From positions 1 to 32,619 of the forward strand of contig NW_021832807.1 of assembly GCF_006345805.1 (NCBI RefSeq): 32,619 nt of DNA, in the 5' to 3' direction. The position numbers and the translations under genes are program-made. Positions within the stretch are counted from its first letter, which is position 1; every line of letters begins with the position of its first letter. Positions 1-10,424 of this stretch are shown in pieces. The DNA comes from Octopus sinensis. Lineage: Eukaryota. Below the pieces are notes generated by a model that did not search any database, was not told where the DNA came from, and saw only the letters and a list, made by a program, of their open reading frames with translations.

Positions 1-240
1 TATACATATATGTATATATAATATATATATAATATATATATATATATCTATATATATAGTATATATAATATGTATATATATGTGTATATATATGTATATA
101 TACATTTACACGTGTATATTTATATAATGTATTTCTATTTATATCTATATACATGCGTATTTGTATGTTTGTATGCACTCGAATGTATACACTATATATA
201 ATTAAAAATTACACAATCTCGCACACACATACACACGCAC
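1..240. repeat. (TA)n/(TG)n/(CA)n compound microsatellite
   Basis: Dinucleotide runs read directly. Confidence 0.9.
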
Positions 241-254
241 GTACACAAATGTCG

Positions 255-345
255 GCACAGTATGGTTGATAGTTCAAGAAGTTCCCTTCGCAACCACGAA
301 GTTCCGGGTTCGATACCTTTGTATGTCAACCAGGGAAAGTATAAT
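255..345 (+). mobile_element. Degraded tRNA-derived SINE head (family A)
   Basis: GGCACAG...TGGTT...GTTCCGGGTTCGATACC resembles the A/B-box head of intact family A copies. Confidence 0.45.
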
Positions 346-399
346 TTTTTTTATAAATTCGAATCATCCCGTGTGTTATAAAAGAAACCTGGGTGAAGG

Positions 400-702
400 A
401 AAAGCAGGTAGAAGACCATCTGTTTTACTGTACCCGTAATTGAATGGTTGAACTTTGCAACCCAGTTACACTGATTCAGTATGAGAGATTTGCATTAAGG
501 GTTCCTGACTTTAGGGGTGTCGCGAAAGGCCTGGTTGGAGGCCCAACCTTCGGAATTCTTTCACAGAGCTTAGAAAAACTGAAGGACCGCTGCAATAAGG
601 GTGGGAATCTGAGAGGGGAATATGTTGAATAGGATCATAATTAACTGATCCTCCTGTATTTTCTTTCACCCAAACCCAGGAACATTGTAGCACCCCCTCG
701 TA
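400..702 (+). mobile_element. Mariner element remnant: transposase C-terminus plus right TIR
   Basis: Reads KAWLEAQPSEFF, frameshift, SQSLEKLKDRCNKGGNLRGEYVE* (stop at 632), a typical mariner C-terminus. Followed by TIR-like CCAGGAACATTGTAGCACCCCCTCG-TA at 676-702. Confidence 0.85.
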
Positions 703-757
703 TACACACACACATACACACACACACAAACACACACACACACTCATATGTATACAC

Positions 758-965
758 CAGTGGTTTTCAACCAGGGTTCCGCGGAACCTTAGGGTTCCGC
801 CAGCACAGTCCAGGAAGTTACAAAACTGCTAAAATCGGCAGTAATTTTTAATTTTCCTGTGCAGATATGTGTGCATAAGACTATTAAATTATTGCACAGG
901 GGTTCCCCGAGCCAGTGGAATGTTTCCTTGGGGTTCCGCTCCAGCAAAAAGTTTGAAAAGCACTG
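758..965. mobile_element. hAT (Charlie-like) MITE
   Basis: TIRs CAGTGGTTTTCAACC / GTTTGAAAAGCACTG (13/15 match). Perfect 8-bp TSD GTATACAC at 750-757 and 966-973. Confidence 0.92.
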
Positions 966-1099
966 GTATACACACACATCTATCTTTCTATCTATCTGGA
1001 TGGCACGTATGAATGACGAAGCCACCTTGCGCATAATCCTATGAACCCGGAAAAATTTAAAACAGAGAGTTACTTACTTGCAAATAAATGTGTTAACAT

Positions 1100-1410
1100 G
1101 TGACATTATTGACCGAGGTTACCGTGGTCTTTTCCGTAGGCTTTTCTTTCCACGGATAAACCTTGTCTGTTTTCCTCTTTACACTTTAAATCACGACATT
1201 TCTGTGATACACGATCCCTATTGATCGTTTGTTTTTGTTTCTTTTTTAACGATCCCTTTTGATCGAAAACCTGCGCCCCTTTTATTTTTAATTTCTTTTT
1301 TCTAAAACTTAAAAAAATTTTATTTTTTAATGTTTTTTCTCCCCAAAAAGAAAAGTTCTACTTTGTAATTTGTCCCCTCTGTGATCAGCCCTGTGTGGCT
1401 AATAAAGAAA
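1100..1410 (+). mobile_element. Probable LINE 3' UTR fragment ending in the tail shared with SINE family B
   Basis: 1369-1410 matches the SINE B tail at 23821-23862 at 37/42 positions. The upstream T-rich sequence is unrelated to the SINE, and a (CTAT)n tract follows. Confidence 0.55.
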
Positions 1411-1411
1411 C

Positions 1412-1560
<149 letters not shown>

Positions 1561-1589
1561 TATTTATATTCTTTATAAAAAATCTTCCA

Positions 1590-1796
1590 CTCACAAGGGC
1601 CGGTTTCCCAGTGTATAAATCCCCTACCTGGACGGGACGCCGGTCCGTCGCAGGATTTCTCATTTTGGCTGAGCGCACCGGGGCAACGTGATATGAAGTG
1701 TTTTGCTCAAGAACACAATACGTTGTCCGGTCCAGGATTCGAAACCACAATCTTGCGATCATGACCCCAACACCCTAACCACTAAGGCACGCGCCT
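1590..1796 (-). mobile_element. tRNA-derived SINE (family C)
   Basis: Minus strand starts AGGCGCGTGCCTTAGTGGTTAGGG (A box), has GGTTTCGAATCC (B box), then a CORE/V-like TTCTTGAGCAAAACACTTC segment. Confidence 0.8.
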
Positions 1797-1942
1797 TCAC
1801 ATTTATGTTCTTTATGTAAACACCACACCTGGAACCATCCCCACGTTGTAACTGGAACTTACAGTGGATCGTGAAACTGCAAACCGGCGTGCATAAGTAT
1901 ATAATTTCATATACATGTATATTTATATGTATGTGTAGGTTG

Positions 1943-2353
1943 GGATCTCTTCGGTTTGAACGGCAGTTTTTTTCTAGCGGTGTCATATGAAATTGTCACC
2001 CATAATTATGACCCTAGTATCGATCTATTGCATTTCAATGTTTTAGGGTTAGGGTTAGGGTTAGGGGAGGGGGGGGGGTATCTTTTTTTCTTTACAAATG
2101 TAAATAAACCCAATCTGTTTCTTGAACGAGGGACATATTCAAACGGCACAGAATGTTTTTACCTCAATGGACGTCATTGATTGGCTGAAATTGCAGAAAT
2201 TGAAGAAAAAAACAACAAATATCTTACAAATTATAGAATTTTCTCAATAAAGCCAAAAGTAAAAGATGTTTTATAAACACATTCTACCAGTATACGAAGT
2301 TTAAAATTTTTGTAGTTACCTAGAAATTATGTTAAAAACTGCCGTTCAAACCG
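1943..2353 (+). mobile_element. MITE with ~29-bp TIRs carrying (TTAGGG)4, copy 1
   Basis: CGGTTTGAACGGCAGTTTTT ... AAAAACTGCCGTTCAAACCG. Homologous over its whole length, in inverse orientation, to 20137-20571. Confidence 0.9.
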
Positions 2354-2527
2354 GCAGGTTGAAGTTTTCGTGTACATGTATATGTAAGTTTTTGGACATA
2401 TTCATAAATGCACGGATATATGCGGGAATATATATATGCGGCATTGTCTATATACGGTATATACACGGATATACAGATCTCGCCTCTAACTTGGTCTCCT
2501 TATTACTAAAATACCTTGATTCAGATG

Positions 2528-2778
2528 AATCCTACAAATAATAACAATGGTGTTTTTATATAGGCTTAAAGCTTATGGCGATCACCGTGCGATGACTAAG
2601 GAAAATTGTTTAATAAAGGGGCATATAAGCCCTCGACTGAAAAAAGAAAGGAGAGCTTTCTTTTTTCTGTCGAGGGCTTTTATGCCTCTTCATTAGACTA
2701 TTTTCTTTAGTCATTGCACGGTGATCGCCATAAGCTTTAAGCTTGTATAAAAATACCATTATTATTATTTGCAAGATT
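2528..2778. repeat. ~250-bp imperfect foldback palindrome
   Basis: Arms of ~120 bp pair around ~2653, e.g. TTAAAGCTTATGGCGATCACCGTGC / GCACGGTGATCGCCATAAGCTTTAA. Confidence 0.9.
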
Positions 2779-2820
2779 GTAAAACCGGCGCCGTATAAAA
2801 AAACCATTCGCACCGAAAGC

Positions 2821-2874
<54 letters not shown>

Positions 2875-3147
2875 AAGAACTTTATGAACTTTGGAAATCT
2901 GTTTATGTTACTTAATTATCTACATTACTTCATGAGTATAGCCTCAACCACTAGGATGTCTAGAGAACTCACATGTATTTTGCTGTGAGTACGGGACACG
3001 TTTATATGCTGTAATTTTTACAACTTTTAATAAAGCCTGTCCTTGTTGAAACGATCGTACAAAAAACCTATCCATTCTTGTTGCTTCTTTCTCGCGTATA
3101 TATATATATTATATATATATATATATAATATTATATATATATATATT

Positions 3148-3489
3148 CTTTTACTTGCTTCAGTCATTGACAGCGGCAATGCTGGAGCACCGCCTTTAGA
3201 CGAGCAAATCGACCCCAGGACTTATTCTTTGTGAGGCAGTACTTATTCTATCGGTTGTCAAGCGATGTGGGGAGGGGGGGGGACAAACACACAAACACAC
3301 ACACACACACACACGCACACGTATACGACAGGCTTCTTTCAGTTTCCGTCTACCATATCTACTCACAAGGCTTTGGTCGGCCCGAGGCTATAGCAGAAGA
3401 CACTTGCCCAAGGTGCCACGCAGTGTGACTGAACCCGGAACCATGTGGTTGGTAAACAAGCTACTTACCACACAGCCACTCCAGCGTCT
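3148..3489 (-). mobile_element. SINE family A with internal deletion
   Basis: Both modules and the central (CA)n are present. About 55 bp are deleted between the two ATCGGT direct repeats relative to the 7052 and 15730 copies. Confidence 0.9.
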
Positions 3490-3617
3490 ATACATATGCA
3501 CACATATATGTATGTACGCACTCACATGCATATAGACCCACGTTTATAGAAACGGGAAAGAGGATTCAATAAAAGTATGACATCGGATGTGTAATTCCTC
3601 TGGCGACAAAAGCATAT

Positions 3618-3649
3618 ACATACATACATACACACACACACACATACAT

Positions 3650-3682
<33 letters not shown>

Positions 3683-3900
3683 TACATACATACATACATG
3701 CATTCATGCATGCATGCATGCATACATACATACATACCATACATACATACATACATACATACATACATACATACATACATACATACATACATACATACAT
3801 GCATGCATACATACATACATACATACTTACATACATGCATGCATGCATACATACGTACGTACGTACATACATACATTTATGCATGCATGCATACACACAC
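3618..3900. repeat. (CATA)n/(CATG)n/(CA)n microsatellite
   Basis: Read directly; explains ORFs at 3522-3935. Confidence 0.95.
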
Positions 3901-3904
3901 AGAC

Positions 3905-4070
3905 AAACGTATCTGGTGACTGTGGGATAAAATAATTCGCTTCCTAATTACACGGTTTCGCGTTCAATCCCACTGCGTGGTACCTTCGCAAGTGTTTTCT
4001 ACTATAGCCCCAGGCCGAACAAAGTTTTGTGAGTGGTTTTGATAGACGGAAACTGAAAGAAGCCCATCGT
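3905..4070 (+). mobile_element. SINE family A, degraded 5' module
   Basis: GTTCAATCCCACTGCGTGG...GACGGAAACTGAAAGAAGCCCATCGTA, interrupted by the RTE tail. Confidence 0.8.
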
Positions 4071-4114
<44 letters not shown>

Positions 4115-5699
4115 TATCATCATCATTTAACGTCCGTTGTCCATGTTAGCATGGGTTGGACGGTTCGACCAGGGTTGGCAAGCTGGAAGGCTGCACCAGA
4201 TTCCAGTCTGTTTTGGCATGGTCCCTACGGCTGGATGCCCTTCCTAACGCCAACCTCCCCGAGAGTGTAATGGGTACGTTTACGTGCCACTGTTACAGGG
4301 GCCATTTGCGTGACGCCAGTATCTGCCACGACTGCAGTTGTACTTGGCTTGATGGTTTATCTTCTGAAGCACAGCATAATGCCAAATGAACACGGTCATT
4401 GCCTCTGTGAGGCCCAACGCTCGAAAGGTACTTTTACATGCCACCGGTGACGGGGCCATTAGCGTGACACCAGTATCTGCCGCGACTGCGATTTTAGTTA
4501 GCTTTATTGGTCTTCTTCTCAAGCACAACATTATGTCAAAGGTCTCGGTCATTGCTTCTGTGAGGCCCAACATTCGAAAGGAGCTCAACCACTTTGCCTC
4601 CGTGAGGCTCAACGCTCGAATGGTGCTGTTTACGTGCCACCTTCACGGGTGCCGGTTACGTGACACCAGCATCAGCCATGACCGCGATTTCACTTGGCTT
4701 GACAGGTCTTCTCAAGCACAGCATATTGCTAAAGGTCTCGGTCACTAGCCATTGCCTCTGCGAAGCTCACAGTTCGGAGATCATGCTTCACCACCTCATC
4801 TCATGTCTTCCTAGCTCTACCTCTACTAAAGATTCCCTCCACAGTTAGAGATCAGCACTTCTTTATACAGCTTTCCTCGTACATATGCATCACATTACCA
4901 TACCAGCGCACTCGTCTTTTTTTTCACACCACATCTGATGCCTCTTACGCCTAACAATTTTCTCAAGATGCTTACACTCTCTCAAACATCCACACTGACT
5001 TTGCACATCCAGCGAAGCATACTGGCTTCATTTCTTTCAAGCCTACGCATGTCCTCGGCTGTCACAGCCCATGTTTCACTGCTGTGTAGCATAGCTGTTC
5101 GCACACAGGCATCATACAATCTGCCTTTCACTTTGATAGAAAAGCCCTTTGTTGCCATCAGAGGCAGGAGCTCTCTAAACTTTTCCCAGCCTAATCTTAT
5201 TCCCACAGCTATGCTCACGGAGCATCCACCTTCGCTACAAACTTGATCACCTAGGTAACGGAAGCTATCTACTACCTCTAGCTTACCCCACTGGCAGTTG
5301 ATGAAATCTATTTTCTGTACATTTTCGGTGTTTATTGTACCTGTGCATCTACTACACACAAAAACTATTTTCCTTATTAACCTTCCGCTGATATTGCTGC
5401 ACCTCTTATGTGTCAAAAGCTTACACTGGGTGCATCATACAGAGTTACTACCTACACCATTTTTACGGATCGAGCAGGGCCATCTACCTGGAGGGATTTG
5501 TGATTTGTCTGCCTTTCAATTTACTAAGACTTTGGTTGTTTCTAGGTTAACTCTAAGATCCTTCAATTCTAAACCTTGCTTCTATACATGGAACTTCTCT
5601 AGTTCTGGTTGTGATTCAGCTATAAGAACAAGGTCATCAGCGTAGAGGAGCTCCCAAGAGCAGCCTGTCTTAAATTCCTCTGTTATTACTTGGAGGACT
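4071..5699 (-). mobile_element. 5'-truncated RTE-clade LINE with (GAT)n tail
   Basis: Minus-strand RT: ELLYADDLVLIAES (YADD at 5633-5644), then VDSFRYLGD, GRLYDACVRTAMLHSSETWA, RRLERNEASMLRWMC. Natural stop near 4690. The (ATC)n run at 4071-4126 is the tail. Confidence 0.93.
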
Positions 5700-6250
5700 A
5701 CTTCTGTTTGTGGTTCCTCTCTCAGACATGCCTTTAGCCGTATAGTCAACCATCTATGCTGATGATACGAAAGTATTGCAAGCAATCAAGGACCCTCATG
5801 ACACCCAAAAACTTCAGAAAAAGAAACTAAAAGCAATATAGAAATGGTTTGATGAAAATAGCATGTAGTTCAATGCTGGAAAGTTTGAAACATTCTTCTA
5901 CCGGCCCACAAATAGATTGCGATCGAAATACACAGGTCAGAGCCTAGTGCTATCTCAAAGTCTGAATCGGTGCATCACTGAGCATATTGGTAAGATGGCA
6001 ACAGCGTGGAGTGACTGGTTGGGCGCTGAGATCATTCAGAATCAGGAAAAAGAAATGCTAGCTACTCCATGGAGAACATTTGTTCTCAGTTGCCAAGATT
6101 TGTGCTCCCAGCTGTGGTCGCCACAAAGCGTCAAACCAACTATGGAATTCGAGACAATCCAATGCCACTTCACAAAGACGATTAACTCGGTGCATCAGAT
6201 GAGCTAGGAGAGGCTAAAAGAACCGAGATTCTGCTCCCTAGAAACTCAGA
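5700..6250 (+). pseudogene. CR1/Jockey-group LINE reverse transcriptase fragment
   Basis: SDMP...IYADDTKV (YADDTK at 5755-5772), KWFDENSM*FNAGKF, CSQLWSP, IQCHFTKTI...ERLKE. Contains stops and frameshifts. Confidence 0.85.
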
Positions 6251-6353
6251 AGAAAAAGAAAAAAAAAAGAGAAACGTTTGAACAAATTTTTATCTCATAT
6301 TCCAGATAAACGCACATCGCGGCAGGAGACACCATGAGCTGTTCTGTTCAAGT

Positions 6354-6608
6354 CGCTACTCCACCTCAAACACTTTTAAATACAGATATTATATTCACAC
6401 TTACAGTTTTGGAGATAAGTGTAAAGCTAATTTTATATCTTTAGCTAGTTTTCTATGGATGTTCACTGAAAAAGAGGTTGAGTACGAGATTCCTTGGTCT
6501 ATTATATGCAAACTACAACTGTATCAGGCTAGTAATGATATACGTAAGTTGTGCATATCTGAAACATATGGAATAATTAGGTATACATTAACCAACAAGA
6601 TAATGTAA
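6354..6608 (+). pseudogene. Penelope-like GIY-YIG endonuclease C-terminal remnant
   Basis: One open frame, STSNTFKYRYYIHTYSFGDKCKANFISLASFLWMFTEKEVEYEIPWSIICKLQLYQASNDIRKLCISETYGII, colinear with the endonuclease C-terminus of the 11751-13904 element. Confidence 0.8.
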
Positions 6609-6699
6609 TAATACAATGTTCACACATACACTGTATGTCCTTCCTATTCACTGTTAAAACTAATCTATTAGCTTTAACCTAAATTCACTTTTAATATTG

Positions 6700-6845
6700 G
6701 TTTCAAATTTTGGTGAGTAAGTCGTTTATCTACATCAAAAGAATGAAAGACAAAATTGACCTCGGCGGAATATGAACTCAGAACGTAAAGGCGGACGAAA
6801 GCATTTTGCCCGAGGCGCTAACTATTCTGCCAGCTAGCCGCCTTA
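6700..6845 (-). mobile_element. SINE family B, degraded
   Basis: GAATGAAAGACAAAATTGACCTCGGCGGAATATGAACTCAGAACG...CTGCCAGCTAGCCGCCTT is the reverse complement of the family B head and body. Confidence 0.85.
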
Positions 6846-7051
6846 AATCCACCCCTGTAGGTCTGCCCCATCTAATTAGTATAACTTCTATTTTTCTATG
6901 TTTCTGTACTTCTATCTTGCTTAGTTTGTCTAGTCCAAGTCCAGTTTGGATTAAACACGACTGACCATTCAACATGACCAAATAGAGATTGTAACTATAC
7001 ATATGATTAGTGTATATTTTTAATCTACTAACACATTAGCTGTAAATCTTT

Positions 7052-7477
7052 ACTCTTTTACTTGTTTCTGTCATTTGACTGTGGCCATGCTGGAGCACCG
7101 CCTTTTAGTCGAGCAAATCGAACCCAGGACTTATTGTTTGTAAGCCTAGTACTTATTCTATCAGTCTCTCTTGCCGAACCGCTAAGTTACGGGGACGAAA
7201 ACACACCAGCATCGGTTGTCAAGCGATGTTGGGGGGACAAACATAGACACATACACATACACACACACACATACATACATACACACATATATATATACAT
7301 ATATACGATGGGCTTCTTTCAGTTTCCGTCAACCAAATCCACTCACAAGGTTTTGGTCGGCCCGTGATTATAGTCGGCCAGTGGCTATAGTCGGCCCGTG
7401 GCTATAGTAGAAGACACTTGCCCAAGGTGCCACGCAGAGGGAGTGAACCCTACTTACCACACAGCCACTCCTACGCC
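7052..7477 (-). mobile_element. SINE family A with 11-bp TSD
   Basis: Both modules present. TGTAAATCTTT at 7041-7051 and 7478-7488. Internal 17-bp triplication at 7356-7406. Confidence 0.92.
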
Positions 7478-7903
7478 TGTAAATCTTTTCTCATAAATTA
7501 GTTATACAATCTCCGAAATGTACCATTGGTTGTCCCTATATCATAACAATAATTAAACAATTAGCTGGAACTTTCGCGCTTTAATAATACAACCAGTAAA
7601 CGCTAAAACGTAATCCCTTAGTTTATTTCTAGCTCTATGTTTCCTGTACTTTGTATAATTTGATTATATCTGATTCCTCACTTTTAGCTTGTCGTTTCCA
7701 CTTACATACGTAACTTAACTGTAGTATATCCTTTGGACTGATAGTTGAATAGCTTGATAGAATATGAATGGATGTATGTATGTGAATATCATCTGTATAT
7801 GTATGCGTATGAATACGTATGTGTGTATGCGTATAGGCAAAAAATGATATAGACTGACTTAAACAAAGTGAATTCCTACAATTTATGAAATACTATTTTG
7901 ATA

Positions 7904-8418
7904 TACCGTAAATCCTCGAGTATAGTCCGCCCTTGAGTATAATACACAGGCGATTTTTAGGGGGATGTACCTCTGAAAAGCCTAAACCTTGTGTATAATA
8001 CGCACCCCTTCTCTAACTTGAGTTAAAGAGGCCTGTATATCGTCCTTGGTTTGTAAAAATGTATACAGTAACGTCCTTTATTATTATTGTATATATAACA
8101 TGATGCAAACATGTAGCTTTTTGTGCATTTTGCTTGCAGAAAATAAAGAAATAACAGTAATAACATTTAATAAATGTTGCTTACTGCAAGTTATGGATGA
8201 TTCTTTTATGACTTCATTGCTTTCAGGCTTAGCTTAAGGTATTTTCGCGCCTGACATCACAAAATGCGTCTGAATAAACATTGCCGGACTGCAAATAGAG
8301 ACTCGGACATTACTTAGAAAATATTTTTCATTTTTAACCTCGTATATAGTATGCACTAGGGATTTTGACCTTTAAATTTTAGGGAAAAAATGCGGATTAT
8401 ACTCGAGTATTTACGGTA
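7904..8418 (+). mobile_element. Tc1/mariner-superfamily (pogo-like) MITE, copy 1
   Basis: Ends TA-CCGTAAATCCTCGAGTATA / TATACTCGAGTATTTACGG-TA. An inverse homolog lies at 25268-25797. Confidence 0.9.
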
Positions 8419-8744
8419 GATATTTTGTGCGTACGAACCTGTATGTGTGTATGAGCGTCTATATATGAATGTATGTACGAATGTGACTGAGAAATTTCAT
8501 ATGAAGTGTATGTGTATGTTTGTTTGTATCGTTATCAATGATCTTAGAGTGACATTTCCGCCCCGCCAAATCAGCCATGCATGAAATCCCAATAGGAACT
8601 GGAGTTATGCATCCAAGTATCTATAGTGTAGTTTTATACTAAAACAAATACATTGTCTTTAACCACCCAGGCCTCCTGCCTTGATATTTTTAACCCTATT
8701 TATTTTCATTTTTCTACATGTTTTTTATTCTATTCATTTGTCTA

Positions 8745-8829
8745 TTTACTCTTTTGCCGAACCGCTAAGTGACGGGGACATAAACACACCAGCATCGGTT
8801 GTCAAGCAATGCTTGGGGGACAAACACAA

Positions 8830-8860
<31 letters not shown>

Positions 8861-9031
8861 CATATATACGACAGGCTTCTTTCAGTTTCCGTCTACCAAA
8901 TCCACTCACAAGGCATTGGTCGGCCCGGGGCTATAGCAGAAGACACTTGCCCAAGATGCCACGCAGTGGGACTGAACCCGGAACCATGTGGTTGGTTAGC
9001 AAGCTACTTACCACACAGCCACTCCTGTGCC
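8745..9031 (-). mobile_element. SINE family A, 3'-shortened
   Basis: Intact tRNA-like head (CCACACAGCCACTCCTGTGCC on the + strand) and central (CA)/(TA) tract. Confidence 0.9.
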
Positions 9032-9064
<33 letters not shown>

Positions 9065-9437
9065 GTGTGTGTGTATGTATGTATATATATGCATATTTAT
9101 TTATACACGGATGACGGGTAATGTAGCGTCACTTATGTAACTAACATAGATTACGAAACAGCTGTTAACAAATGGAATAAACATTTCACACTTCACTTCC
9201 TTTATCTGATCAATTTGTGTGTGTGTGTAATACACCCTTTTCTGTCCTAGCTTGTCATAACCACTGAAATTAATCAAATAAAATTAAAATGAATATGGAT
9301 GCACTGTTGCAACTTATATAATTCTAACGTTGAATAAAAGGTAAAAATTATATGTAGGGATGTATTGGTGTATGAAACAGTGTTTCTCATAGGCGGAGGT
9401 TGGCTCTGAGGACCCAAAAGGGGTTTCACAAATTGCA

Positions 9438-9709
9438 ATGTCTAATATTATTAAGATTACTTACAAGGTTTTACTCAAAGCATACTCAAAGCCAGGTCTT
9501 TTGAGATCACTGCAAGAAATTCCTCAAGAGAATATTCGTCATCTGATCAGTAGCATGCCCAATAGGATTCTTGCATTGGAAAATATAAAGGGCATGTCTA
9601 CTAGTTATTATATATTCGCATTATAATAATAAATAATTTGAAGGTATAATTTCAGATTTAAATTAATTTTAACGAGTATAATGGTGTCTATTTACTTCTG
9701 TCATGACTG
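9438..9709 (+). mobile_element. Tc1 element remnant: transposase C-terminus and right TIR
   Basis: EIPQENIRHLISSMPNRILALENIKGMSTSY matches Tc1 C-termini. The end ...CTGTCATGACTG reads CAGT on the opposite strand, like Tc1 TIRs. Confidence 0.7.
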
Positions 9710-9885
9710 TGTGTGTGCATGTATGTATGTATGTATGTATGTATGTATGTATGTATGTATGTATGTATGTATGTATGTATAAATAAATATATATATAGTC
9801 AAATCAAACATTAAAAATAAAATAAAATAGCAAAACATCAAGGACGTACATTTGACGCTCAATAAAGGTGGAAAAAAGACTGGGT

Positions 9886-9921
9886 TTTTTTATGTTTCGA
9901 TCATAAACTTCATCAGCAAAG
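9886..9921 (-). ncRNA. Degraded minimal hammerhead ribozyme motif
   Basis: Minus strand: UUUG CUGAUGA AGUUUAUGAUC GAAA CAUA AAAA. Core intact; stems II and III mutated. Confidence 0.5.
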
Positions 9922-9985
9922 GGAGAAGGAAAGGTCCAGAGTGGTAAAAAAGTTCAGGAAAAGCACGTGTGGTTACATGGCTGAA

Positions 9986-10048
<63 letters not shown>

Positions 10049-10088
10049 ATATATATATATATACATATATATACATATATATATATAT

Positions 10089-10120
<32 letters not shown>

Positions 10121-10216
10121 GATAATCCAAACAAGAAAACACAGAAAAAAAACACAGCAACGCGAGGACGTGGAACAATTAAAGTATTATTGACGCTCAG
10201 GAAAGAAGGGAAGAGG

Positions 10217-10253
10217 GTTTAACGTTTCGAGCGGAGCTCTCTTCGTCGGAAAC
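10217..10253 (-). ncRNA. Minimal type I hammerhead-like motif (core variant CCGACGA)
   Basis: Minus strand: GUUU CCGACGA A GAG-AGCUCCG-CUC GAAA CGU U AAAC. Stem I GUUU/AAAC; palindromic stem III ACGU. Confidence 0.6.
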
Positions 10254-10366
10254 AAGGAGAAGGAAAGATCCCGAGAAGGAAGAAGACAGAGGAAAAAAAA
10301 AAAAATTTTGCTGGTGGTGCTCAAGAGATCACATGTTATAAGTTTATATAATATATTATATAATAT

Positions 10367-10420
<54 letters not shown>

Positions 10421-10424
<4 letters not shown>

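Larger units (their letters stand above)
9820..10300 (-). mobile_element. Two Penelope-type pseudo-LTR fragments separated by (TA)n
   Basis: Related blocks (TTGACGCTCA...GTTTCGA...CTTC(A/G)TC(A/G)G...GGAGAAGGAAAG) at 9840-9935 and 10170-10270, each holding a hammerhead-like core. Confidence 0.65.

Noticed and set aside
2043-2066. TTAGGG repeats as a telomere or fusion scar
   Set aside because: Only 4-5 units, at the same internal position of two MITE copies.
3522-3935. MYVC/HTYI ORFs here and at 26088-26770 and 30768-31665
   Set aside because: Microsatellite translations.
4280-4748. ORFs of 110-120 aa on both strands
   Set aside because: They derive from the triplicated RTE C-terminus and 3' UTR, not from a separate gene.
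5759-5772. CTGATGA-TAC-GAAA looks like a hammerhead core
   Set aside because: It is the YADDTK coding sequence of the CR1-like RT; 3 nt cannot form stem II and there is no stem I or III.
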